Assembly (NCBI GenBank): GCA_017475605.1
Contig: JAFVFD010000003.1
Location: 1 to 15,063, forward strand
Reading direction: 5' to 3'
DNA from: Alphaproteobacteria bacterium
GTDB taxonomy: Bacteria; Pseudomonadota; Alphaproteobacteria; Rs-D84
Length of the DNA stretch: 15,063 nucleotides
Positions 6,891-14,541 of this stretch are shown one piece after another. Each line of letters opens with the position of its first letter. Position 1 is the stretch's first letter. The notes beneath the pieces are model-generated. The model had not been told where the DNA came from. It was given only the letters and a program-made list of their open reading frames with translations, and did not search any database. The position numbers were made by a program, and so were the translations under genes.

Positions 6891-7868
6891 TTATATAACC
6901 TCGGTTACGGCACGCAGGGCCCCATCGCGCGATAATTGGACAACACGAATTTTTTTGCGCATTTCAGCCATCAATTGTGCGCGGTCATATGCGGGCTGGG
7001 TGTGTAAAATGCGGTCTGCAAATGCAGCATATGCGGCATCGGCACTTTCCGCGTGAATTGTTGTATAGAAATGGTCGTGCCCCGTCCCCAGCATTTCCCA
7101 CAGCACCGACGCATTGTCCGTTGATATTTCGCCACCGATAATAACATCGGGTGTCATACGCACCACCAGGTCCAGCAGGCGTGCATAATTAAAATCATTT
7201 GTTTGTTCGGTACGCGACAGGACAAAATGTACACGATTATCCTGGGGGACACGAATTTCACGTGCATCTTCGACCGTAATGACACGACTGTTTTGGTCAA
7301 TAAGGGTCAGCATATGATTCAAAAAGGTTGTTTTACCAGTTGCCGTTGCACCACTTATTAAAATAGGGCTGCCATCATTTATGGCGGACATTAAACGGTC
7401 GTATGGATCGTCGGGACGAACGGTTTGACGCGGTTTAACACGTAATAATTTTTTCCCGCGTTCAAGGTGGTAATTTTCAAAACTGGTATCCGGTGCGCCG
7501 CCGCCGCGAATACTCATGGCGACACCGCCGGTTATATCGCGTTCGTCAAATTGTACATTCGGTCCCGCGATTGCCGAAAAACGATGATTACCCGGAAGTG
7601 TCGCATAAACAACCGGCATGCCATGTATCGGGTCAAATGGACGTTCGTATATGTTCGCGACCGTATGTATTAAATCAACCAGGTATTGTTTCGACAACTG
7701 TGGCGCATCATACGCAACCCATGGAACGCGCGCACCATGCAGGCGCATCCAAACCTGGCCTGCGTGATTTATGGCGATTTCTTCGACGAATTCGGGTTTA
7801 TAAAACTCGGCCAAAGGTTCCAATAAAGAATCAAGTACTACATTTGACATTTGTTTTAATTTTATCAT
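6891..7868 (-). CDS. virB11: VirB11-family (type II/IV secretion system) hexameric ATPase
   Basis: N-terminal EEIAINHAGQVWM. Walker A GATATGKT is at 7329..7352 (checked at the nucleotide level). Walker B-like region VITVEDAREI and His-box GTGHDHFYTTIHA. The 325-aa length fits VirB11 rather than CpaF or PilB. Confidence 0.82.
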   Translation of the reverse strand: MIKLKQMSNVVLDSLLEPLAEFYKPEFVEEIAINHAGQVWMRLHGARVPWVAYDAPQLSKQYLVDLIHTVANIYERPFDPIHGMPVVYATLPGNHRFSAIAGPNVQFDERDITGGVAMSIRGGGAPDTSFENYHLERGKKLLRVKPRQTVRPDDPYDRLMSAINDGSPILISGATATGKTTFLNHMLTLIDQNSRVITVEDAREIRVPQDNRVHFVLSRTEQTNDFNYARLLDLVVRMTPDVIIGGEISTDNASVLWEMLGTGHDHFYTTIHAESADAAYAAFADRILHTQPAYDRAQLMAEMRKKIRVVQLSRDGALRAVTEVI

Positions 7869-7878
7869 AAATCGACCC

Positions 7879-7907
7879 TTGAATCAAAATGCTTTATTTG
7901 GTAAAAT
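7879..7907 (+). promoter_or_regulatory. Candidate promoter for the 186-aa lipoprotein gene
   Basis: TTGAAT (7879..7884), a 17-nt spacer, then TAAAAT (7902..7907). A purine-rich Shine-Dalgarno region follows, with the ATG at 7929. Confidence 0.6.
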
Positions 7908-7928
7908 AGAAAAAAAGAGAGAAAGAAA

Positions 7929-8489
7929 ATGAAAAAATCTTGGATTGCTGTAATTTGTGCTGTATTGGCGTTGGGCGCGTGTTCAACGGGCGATACACCG
8001 TATAATACCGATGATTTTGAACATGGTGGTGCCGATGCCCCGTTGTACAACGAACGGACCAGCCAATTTATGCAGGCGGAAAATCAATATTCCAATATTG
8101 ATTCCTATAAACCCAAAACCGCCAAGGAAAAAGAATTAAGCGATAATAAATGGAAAACATCGCGTATGGAAACCCATTGGCAAGAATACAAGGGGACAAT
8201 GGTTCGTGTACAAATCTTGCTGGGGAACAGTGATGTTCGTGAAATGCGCCTGCGCCTGATGCAAAATGCCGACGGTATGGATATTGACGGCGATGCACGT
8301 ACCATTTTGGCCAAGGTCGCAGACTATGAAATGAAACGCGTTTGTGGCCGTAACACCGACAGTATTGTTATGATTTATGACAAACCGTCATTTGATGTTA
8401 TGCGCCCAACACCGTATTATGATTATCGGATGGAGGCCGAAGGGTCCACCATGCGCGAATACGGGTTCCGTTGCGTTTATAACAATTAA
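7929..8489 (+). CDS. Putative lipoprotein, 186 aa, function unknown
   Basis: Signal peptide [18 protein letters not shown] with the lipobox L-G-A-C. A strong terminator lies downstream. Confidence 0.78.
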   Translation: MKKSWIAVICAVLALGACSTGDTPYNTDDFEHGGADAPLYNERTSQFMQAENQYSNIDSYKPKTAKEKELSDNKWKTSRMETHWQEYKGTMVRVQILLGNSDVREMRLRLMQNADGMDIDGDARTILAKVADYEMKRVCGRNTDSIVMIYDKPSFDVMRPTPYYDYRMEAEGSTMREYGFRCVYNN

Positions 8490-8493
8490 AAAG

Positions 8494-8517
8494 ACCGGCA
8501 AAATGCCGGTTTTTTTT
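8494..8517 (+). terminator. Rho-independent terminator
   Basis: accggcaaaatgccggt: a 7-bp stem followed by a T8 run. Confidence 0.82.
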
Positions 8518-8519
8518 AC

Positions 8520-8549
8520 TTGCATTTTGTGCCCCAGATTTAATATATT
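8520..8549 (+). promoter_or_regulatory. Candidate promoter for the FKBP lipoprotein gene
   Basis: TTGCAT (8520..8525), an 18-nt spacer, then TATATT (8544..8549). AAAGGGGA Shine-Dalgarno element, with the ATG at 8579. Confidence 0.5.
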
Positions 8550-8578
8550 TGTGTTGGACAAAACAAAAGGGGACAATC

Positions 8579-8908
8579 ATGAAAAAAATTATGTCTGTAT
8601 TGGGCATTTGCGGTGTTGCTTTCTTGGCGGCATGCGACAGTAATGCTGGTGCGAAAAACGGTGATACAGTTGTTATCGATTTCGCGGGTTATCTTGATGG
8701 CGAACAATTCGAAGGGGGTACGGCATCTGGTTTCCCATTGACATTGGGCAGCGGTCAATTCGTTCCAGGATTTGAAGAACAAATCGTTGGTATGAAGGTT
8801 GGTGAAACAAAAGACATCAACATCACATTCCCAGAACAGTATGTTGAAAACTTGGCCGGCAAGGCGGTTGTGTTCAAAGTAACTGTTAACGAAATCAAAA
8901 AGAATTAA
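8579..8908 (+). CDS. FKBP-type peptidyl-prolyl cis-trans isomerase lipoprotein (trigger-factor-like PPIase domain)
   Basis: Start chosen at the internal ATG at 8579, which follows the Shine-Dalgarno element. Signal peptide [19 protein letters not shown] has the lipobox L-A-A-C. The mature part ([49 protein letters not shown]...) parallels the E. coli trigger factor PPIase domain as I recall it. Confidence 0.85.
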   Translation: MKKIMSVLGICGVAFLAACDSNAGAKNGDTVVIDFAGYLDGEQFEGGTASGFPLTLGSGQFVPGFEEQIVGMKVGETKDINITFPEQYVENLAGKAVVFKVTVNEIKKN

Positions 8909-8922
8909 TCTTTTTAATCTTG

Positions 8923-8955
8923 AAAAAAACGCCGCCCGTTTGGGCGGTGTTTTTT
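8923..8955. terminator. Bidirectional hairpin terminator between the FKBP gene and lpxI
   Basis: aaaaaaacgccgcccgtttgggcggtgtttttt: an 8-bp stem (one G-U pair) with A7 and T6 flanks. Confidence 0.82.
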
Positions 8956-8968
8956 ATTTTGCTTTTGT

Positions 8969-9802
8969 TTATTCATCAATCGCGGTGATAAAGATTTTTA
9001 ATTTATTCGCTTCTTTTATCACATTTTCGCGGTCAACAACAAAACATGTTTTTGTGTTAACAATAATTCCACGCAGGTGTGCGGCCGCGACGGCGCGCAC
9101 CGTATCAACACCAATGGCGGGAATGTCAATGCGTAAATCTTGGCCTGGTTTGGTCATTTTGGCAAAAACACCACTGGCGCGTTTTTTGTTTTTGCGCATT
9201 TCAACAACGCGTTCCAGCATACGTGCGGTACCCTCGGCTGCTTCGACTGCGATAACCTGCTTGTCAACAACAACAGATGCGCCAATGTCCGCCGCACCAA
9301 TAGTGTGCGATACATCAATTGCGCGTTCTATATCCGCCATATCTGATTTTGTTGGTTTGGTTTTCGTCTGAATACCCGCCGATTCAAATGTTAATTCCGG
9401 GGCCAAATCCTGGGCCGCCAAGATATTAAATCCACGCTTTTCTAAAATCTTGTTTAGTGTAACCGCCATAGAATCATACCCCCGTTGATGTTTCATAATG
9501 CTTAATAACACCGACAGCGACCATAAATCTGGTCGTATGTCGTAAAGGTTTGGGTGCCCAATCGCACCGACAAATACCAGGTTGCGAATGCCACGCCTGC
9601 GAAATTCACGCACCGCACGACCCGCACCCCCAAGTCGCACCACAATATCCGGATTCAATTTCGGATCAACAAAGTTTTTAAGTCCAACAACATACACGTC
9701 CCAGCCCGCACGACGCAGCGCATCGCGGGTAAAAAATGGTAACTGTAATGCGCCGGCTATCAAAGCAATCTTGTTATCGGCGCGCGTGTTCAATCGTTTC
9801 AT
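8969..9802 (-). CDS. lpxI: UDP-2,3-diacylglucosamine pyrophosphatase LpxI (DUF1009 family)
   Basis: The N-terminal IALIAGALQLP and the block DIERAIDVSHTIGAADIGASVVVDKQVIAVEAAEGTARMLERV...KPGQDLRIDIPAIGVDTV closely parallel Caulobacter LpxI as I recall it. 277 aa. Confidence 0.85.
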   Translation of the reverse strand: MKRLNTRADNKIALIAGALQLPFFTRDALRRAGWDVYVVGLKNFVDPKLNPDIVVRLGGAGRAVREFRRRGIRNLVFVGAIGHPNLYDIRPDLWSLSVLLSIMKHQRGYDSMAVTLNKILEKRGFNILAAQDLAPELTFESAGIQTKTKPTKSDMADIERAIDVSHTIGAADIGASVVVDKQVIAVEAAEGTARMLERVVEMRKNKKRASGVFAKMTKPGQDLRIDIPAIGVDTVRAVAAAHLRGIIVNTKTCFVVDRENVIKEANKLKIFITAIDE

Positions 9803-9840
9803 AATATCTAAGGGTACGCATAAATCGCGCTGGAATCAAG

Positions 9841-9868
9841 TTGCAATTTATGATAATATTTATATAAA
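9841..9868 (+). promoter_or_regulatory. Candidate promoter for the tandem outer membrane protein genes
   Basis: TTGCAA (9841..9846), a 16-nt spacer, then TATAAA (9863..9868). Confidence 0.45.
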
Positions 9869-9890
9869 GTGAAAATTGGGTGTAACGCAT

Positions 9891-10655
9891 ATGAAAAAAA
9901 TATCTTGTTTAGTTGTTGCGATGTTGGTGGCAATGCCTGCATACGCAAAATACAGCGACCGTCAATTCCGTTCGGAAATCGCACGTGGTGTTGACATTAT
10001 TGGTGCGGAATCAAATGTTAATGTGATACCGGACGATGCACCGGGCGCATTGGGACGTGATGTGTACCAGAAAGTCGGTGTTGTCGATAATTCTGATATA
10101 ACAATGTTCATTCCAACAACAATGTATGTGCGCGCGGGTGGGGGATTTAACCTGCCGTTTGCGACGGACTATGCCGGGTTTGGTGGCGAAAAACATTCGT
10201 CCAGTGGTTCTTATACCGCGCAAATAGGTTTGGGGTGGAATCTGTCATCGTATGTGCGGACTGAAATTGATGCGCAGACATCTACATTTACTTTTTCACA
10301 CCTGGATAATCGCCAGGCAAATTATCAAACATTGGGCGCGATGTTATATTTTGATTTTGCCCGTCGATATGTTCAAACGGGTGATGTTACGCGCATGCGC
10401 CATTTTGTGCCATTTATGGGTGTGGGTGCCGGGTTTGGACACTATGAATTCGAAGGGGCCGATGGTTCAAATGGATTTGTTATTGCCGCACCACGCGCAA
10501 CATTGGGCTTTAATATAATGCTGACCGATTTGATTGGTATTGATATTGCGTATCAATATCAGATGATGATTGGTAACGGATTCGGTTGGGGTGTGCGCCA
10601 TGGCGGTGTTGATAATATCAGCAACGTTATTGCGTCTTTTCGTGTGAATTTCTGA
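9891..10655 (+). CDS. Outer membrane beta-barrel (porin-family) protein, paralog 1
   Basis: Start set at the ATG at 9891, giving signal peptide MKKISCLVVAMLVAMPAYA. Alternating aromatic and glycine-rich beta-strand pattern. The C-terminal SFRVNF ends in Phe, as is typical of beta-barrel outer membrane proteins. Confidence 0.8.
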   Translation: MKKISCLVVAMLVAMPAYAKYSDRQFRSEIARGVDIIGAESNVNVIPDDAPGALGRDVYQKVGVVDNSDITMFIPTTMYVRAGGGFNLPFATDYAGFGGEKHSSSGSYTAQIGLGWNLSSYVRTEIDAQTSTFTFSHLDNRQANYQTLGAMLYFDFARRYVQTGDVTRMRHFVPFMGVGAGFGHYEFEGADGSNGFVIAAPRATLGFNIMLTDLIGIDIAYQYQMMIGNGFGWGVRHGGVDNISNVIASFRVNF

Positions 10656-10668
10656 TGGGGTGAATGAT

Positions 10669-11319
10669 ATGAAAATAAAATTATTAATTGGTGCATTGTG
10701 TTTAATCGCAACATCCGCGAACGCGGCGATTCCATACCGCGTACGCCAGGTGGTAACCCCGCCGGCCGAAATCCCAGATGGTAACGATGACGAGGCCTTT
10801 GCCCGTATCCACCGTTTTTATGTTGGTGGTATGTATGATTTTTCAATGTGGCAATCATATACAGACAAAAACGATGTGCGCGTTAGCGGTAAAAACACAT
10901 CTTCGTTTGATATTGTCGCTGGTATTCGTATTTATGATACTTTCCGGTTGGAAGCAAACTATGCCCGCACAATCGCAAAGTTCGATGATATTAAATTGGA
11001 AGGCAACACCGTTTTCGCAAATGCTATATTTGATGCGCGTATTGACAGTATGTATCGCCTTTTCCGGTCGCAAAGCCTGGTGCCGTATGTCGGTGCCGGT
11101 GTCGGTTTAAGTGGGAACAAAGTCGATGGCGCAAAAATTGATGACAAAATAAGTCCGGCGGTCGCGGTTATGGCGGGCCTGGGAATTGAACTGGGCGAAT
11201 ATTTCACAATTGATGCGGGTTATCGCTATATGTATATGTTTTCGCCAAAGTTTGATGCGATTGAAGGTCTGAACCCAACGGCGCATCAATTCCGCGTTGG
11301 CGCACGTGTGAACTTTTAA
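10669..11319 (+). CDS. Outer membrane beta-barrel (porin-family) protein, paralog 2
   Basis: Start set at the ATG at 10669, giving signal peptide MKIKLLIGALCLIATSANA. It ends GARVNF and shares VP(F/Y)(M/V)G.G.G and Y.Y blocks with paralog 1. Confidence 0.8.
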   Translation: MKIKLLIGALCLIATSANAAIPYRVRQVVTPPAEIPDGNDDEAFARIHRFYVGGMYDFSMWQSYTDKNDVRVSGKNTSSFDIVAGIRIYDTFRLEANYARTIAKFDDIKLEGNTVFANAIFDARIDSMYRLFRSQSLVPYVGAGVGLSGNKVDGAKIDDKISPAVAVMAGLGIELGEYFTIDAGYRYMYMFSPKFDAIEGLNPTAHQFRVGARVNF

Positions 11320-11325
11320 TCGAAT

Positions 11326-12249
11326 ATGAAAAAGTGTCCGTTCTTTGGTATATGTGGTGGGTGTAAATATGATTTTACATCGGCGGACTATCATAATCAA
11401 AAATTGGCGGCATTACCTGATTTGCCGATAACCGATGATGCGCGGTGGCTGGATGCGGGGGCGCGCCGTCGTGGCGATTTCTGTTTTGCGCCGAACGAAT
11501 TTGGGCTGTTCGAATCGCGGTCTAAAAATATAGTGCCGGTGCGCAATTGTCCGAATATGGTACCGGAAATTAACGATATTTTACCGCGTGTTGCGGCATT
11601 ACCATGGGGGGCATCGGGTTCGTGCCTTATCACATCATGCGAAAATGGAATCGATATTGTGGTTAATTCCGATGTGCCGTATTTTACCCCCGAATTTAAA
11701 ACTGCGGCGGAAAAAACAGGTGCGATTCGCGTTGTGTGGAACGATAAAATCGTGTTTCAATCTGAAAAGCCAATAATTAAATTTGATGATGTTGCGGTGG
11801 AATACCCAGCAAACGCGTTTTTACAACCAGGCAAGCCAGGCGAGTCCGCATTGCGCGAAATGGTCGTTTCCGCGGTGGCGGGCGCAAAACGCGTGGCAGA
11901 TTTGTTCTGTGGCCTGGGCAGTTTTACATTTGCAACACATGCCGATGGCTTTGATATTGTTGGCACCGGTGTAAAGCGCGATTTGTTTACGCATCCGCTT
12001 ACGGTTGGAATGTTGAACGGGTATGATTGTGTAATAATGGACCCACCGCGTGCGGGTGCGATGGCCCAGTGTCGTGAATTGATTAAAAGTAATGTCGGGC
12101 GTGTGATTTATGTTTCGTGTAACCCGGAAACATTCCGTCGCGATATGAATATTCTGGTGCGTGGGGGGTATAAATTGCGTGAACTGGTCCCCGTTGATCA
12201 ATTTGTGGGCAGTGCCCACTGGGAACTTTTTTCCGTATTTGAAAAATAA
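11326..12249 (+). CDS. Class I SAM-dependent RNA (uracil-5) methyltransferase, RumA/TrmA family, short form without a TRAM domain
   Basis: N-terminal CPFFGICGGCKYDF plus a later VRNCP gives four Cys, as in the RumA Fe-S cluster. Other motifs are DLFCGLGSFT (SAM motif I), DPPRAG (motif IV) and YVSCNPETFRRD. Confidence 0.85.
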   Translation: MKKCPFFGICGGCKYDFTSADYHNQKLAALPDLPITDDARWLDAGARRRGDFCFAPNEFGLFESRSKNIVPVRNCPNMVPEINDILPRVAALPWGASGSCLITSCENGIDIVVNSDVPYFTPEFKTAAEKTGAIRVVWNDKIVFQSEKPIIKFDDVAVEYPANAFLQPGKPGESALREMVVSAVAGAKRVADLFCGLGSFTFATHADGFDIVGTGVKRDLFTHPLTVGMLNGYDCVIMDPPRAGAMAQCRELIKSNVGRVIYVSCNPETFRRDMNILVRGGYKLRELVPVDQFVGSAHWELFSVFEK

Positions 12250-12255
12250 AAGCAA

Positions 12256-12280
12256 ACCGCCAGAAATGGCGGTCTGTTTT
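12256..12280. terminator. Bidirectional hairpin terminator between the RNA methyltransferase gene and the DUF262-HNH gene
   Basis: accgccagaaatggcggt: a 7-bp stem followed by ctgtttt. The stop codon of the minus-strand DUF262-HNH gene (12279..12281) lies in the T-tract. Confidence 0.75.
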
Positions 12281-13478
12281 AATCATCGCTTTTCTTGCGG
12301 TTGTGGTGGCGACATAACATTTGGCAATTTTCTGGAACTGTTTTTCCGCCCTGGGACCATGGAATAATATGGTCGCCATCCATTTCTTCAAATTTCCATA
12401 CTTTGTTTTCGTTTTCTGTGTTTTCACAATACGGACAAATGCCACCTTGTTTTTGATATATTGTGCGTTTCGTTGCGTTGTCGAATTGGCGCAGGTTCAG
12501 GTGTTTTTTATCATTATCAAAAACAAATTCAAATATACCGCGCTTGTTTTGTATTTCTTCGTCTGCCATTAAACCGGCAACAGCACGTCGCATAACCGAT
12601 GTATCATATTTTCTGTAACCATATTTGTTATACAATGTTCCCCATGGCAAACCACGCATTTCGTTATAGTATGTTTCACCAAACACATCGTGGACCCAAT
12701 CAACAACCGATTTATAATAGTTTATCAGTTCATCTGCGGTTTCATCCGCGCGATGAATTGACATATAATTTTTTATTTCCGGGTATTGTGTTGGGTTTGT
12801 TTCAATTATCCACCCCAGTACAAGGTTTAACAATGCCTGGCGATTGGCGGCTTCGCTGTTTATTGCGATAATGCTGTGCTTTCTGTCATTGTCAAAATAG
12901 CGATAGTTTAATGCGGGGTTGTTGTCCTTTTTGGAAAAGAACGCCTTGGCGGATGTAAGCCATGTGCCAGTATAGTCCGCATTTAACAATTCCTGTTCGG
13001 TCATTTGTTCGCCGGCAATATTAATTGTGTGGAACCATTCTAGTTTTTCGTCTTCGTTCCCATCGCAAACATATACCTGTAATTTATATTCGTCCAAGAT
13101 TTGTTTTTGTTTGTCCGGGGATAATTGTGTAAATGTCTGGGTGCGCCGACCGTCAAAGTTTATCGCAATAGGGTTGCCGTATCCGTCATCGTTTGTAATA
13201 AATTGACAGATAGATATTGTCCGTTGTTGGCCATCAATAATTTCAAATGTGCCATCGGGGTTTTTTGACCAATACATAACATTTAACGGTAAATCGTCAT
13301 AAACCGATTTCATAACCATGTCGCGTTTGTCGGGGGTATAGATAAATTCGCGCTGAAACGCGGGGCGGACATTAAGTTTACCGCCAAACGCAACAACACC
13401 ATTGTCGCCGGAGTCGCGATAGCCATCGACCAATTGCCGAATGGTAAGTGTATCAAGTAATTTTGCCTTCATAACCAT
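12279..13478 (-). CDS. DUF262 (ParB-like, GmrSD N-terminal type) domain fused to a C-terminal HNH zinc-finger nuclease
   Basis: RPAFQREFIY and IIDGQQRT are DUF262 hallmarks; DGQQR is at 13221..13235, checked at the nucleotide level. The C-terminal CPYC...DGDHIIPWSQGG...ENCQMLCRHHN (12300..12437) is a CxxC / DH / N / CxxC-HH HNH motif. AAGGA lies 8 nt upstream of the ATG, inside the preceding gene. Confidence 0.88.
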   Translation of the reverse strand: MVMKAKLLDTLTIRQLVDGYRDSGDNGVVAFGGKLNVRPAFQREFIYTPDKRDMVMKSVYDDLPLNVMYWSKNPDGTFEIIDGQQRTISICQFITNDDGYGNPIAINFDGRRTQTFTQLSPDKQKQILDEYKLQVYVCDGNEDEKLEWFHTINIAGEQMTEQELLNADYTGTWLTSAKAFFSKKDNNPALNYRYFDNDRKHSIIAINSEAANRQALLNLVLGWIIETNPTQYPEIKNYMSIHRADETADELINYYKSVVDWVHDVFGETYYNEMRGLPWGTLYNKYGYRKYDTSVMRRAVAGLMADEEIQNKRGIFEFVFDNDKKHLNLRQFDNATKRTIYQKQGGICPYCENTENENKVWKFEEMDGDHIIPWSQGGKTVPENCQMLCRHHNRKKSDD

Positions 13479-13479
13479 A

Positions 13480-14541
13480 TTAGTTTCCTTTTTTCTTTTT
13501 GATTAAAATTCGCGCATATGGAACAGTAACTATGTTATCCACCATCATGTATAAATCACCATCAACAGCGCCTCTTTTCTGAATGGTTTTTCTATATAAT
13601 TTATGCTCTGGTTTATATGGTTTAACACCTATTTCAAGACCAGAATTTGATATACCTAAGCCGATTATTTCAAATTGGTCTGGGTTATGTTTGTTCAAAA
13701 ATGTTATTGGTACGCCCATGGCTCCATCATAATCCATTGGTATATCGTCCGTTTTATTGATATTTATTGCATCATAATTTTCATACTTTGGATACATGTG
13801 TTCATAACCGTAGTATTTTTTACCGGTTTCCAAAAATTCTGTACGTTTTGTTGTTGGTAAGTTTGTGAACCAGCAAACCGCCGGTGTTGTTATATAATTA
13901 TCGTCTGGATCATACCCATGGGAACGCACATTTTTACGATTGCTTTCCGAAGTATTTTTATATAATGTCTTGAATATCATTGCCACATTAAAACCATACC
14001 CAACCCACATTTTATTTTCTTTTATTAAGGGAAACACTTCTCTGTATGTTATTGCATTAATATTTCCAATGATTATAAATTTCTTTTTATACTCCATTAA
14101 CTGTGCGACATATTCCCGAAAAAGTGAGAACGGCGGGTTTGTTACGACCAAATCTGCGGTTTTTAGCAGTTTTACACATTCGTCCGAACGAAAATCACCG
14201 TTTGATTTTAAGGGTATTTCCTGGATGTCTTCGCTGCAAATAATGCCGTCGCCGGTGTTGTCTTTATCCAAAATATACATTGTTGATGCGCCATCGCGTT
14301 CATAGTGTGTGGCGATTACGCGTTTGATACCAAATGCCTCGAAATTATCAGCAAAGTATTTAAGAAAGTTTGATTTTGGTGTGCCCAGTCCGATTCCCGC
14401 GTGGTCATCACAATTGCAGTAAATCACCTTGTTCTTGAAATACTTGGCATAATGATTCAGTTCTTTCTCAATTTCGTCGTAGCAGGTGTAAAATTCATCG
14501 TTTTTGTTTTCTTTTGCAAGAAACATTGTATGTTTTGCCAT
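13480..14541 (-). CDS. N6-adenine DNA methyltransferase, EcoRI-methylase-like family
   Basis: Catalytic motif IV VVTNPPFSLF, with NPPF at 14128..14139 (checked at the nucleotide level). The N-terminal NDEFYT...VIYCNCDD block matches what I recall of the adenine-specific methyltransferase EcoRI family. The stop TAA (13480..13482) is 1 nt from the next ATG. Confidence 0.82.
   Translation of the reverse strand: MAKHTMFLAKENKNDEFYTCYDEIEKELNHYAKYFKNKVIYCNCDDHAGIGLGTPKSNFLKYFADNFEAFGIKRVIATHYERDGASTMYILDKDNTGDGIICSEDIQEIPLKSNGDFRSDECVKLLKTADLVVTNPPFSLFREYVAQLMEYKKKFIIIGNINAITYREVFPLIKENKMWVGYGFNVAMIFKTLYKNTSESNRKNVRSHGYDPDDNYITTPAVCWFTNLPTTKRTEFLETGKKYYGYEHMYPKYENYDAININKTDDIPMDYDGAMGVPITFLNKHNPDQFEIIGLGISNSGLEIGVKPYKPEHKLYRKTIQKRGAVDGDLYMMVDNIVTVPYARILIKKKKGN

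Noticed and set aside
12279-14541. Interpreting the methyltransferase plus DUF262-HNH pair as part of a mobile element with visible boundaries
   Set aside because: There is no integrase, transposase or terminal repeat in the window. The flanking hairpins at 12256..12280 and 14896..14922 are unrelated terminators, not direct repeats. Only the compositional shift supports horizontal origin, so no mobile_element feature is called.
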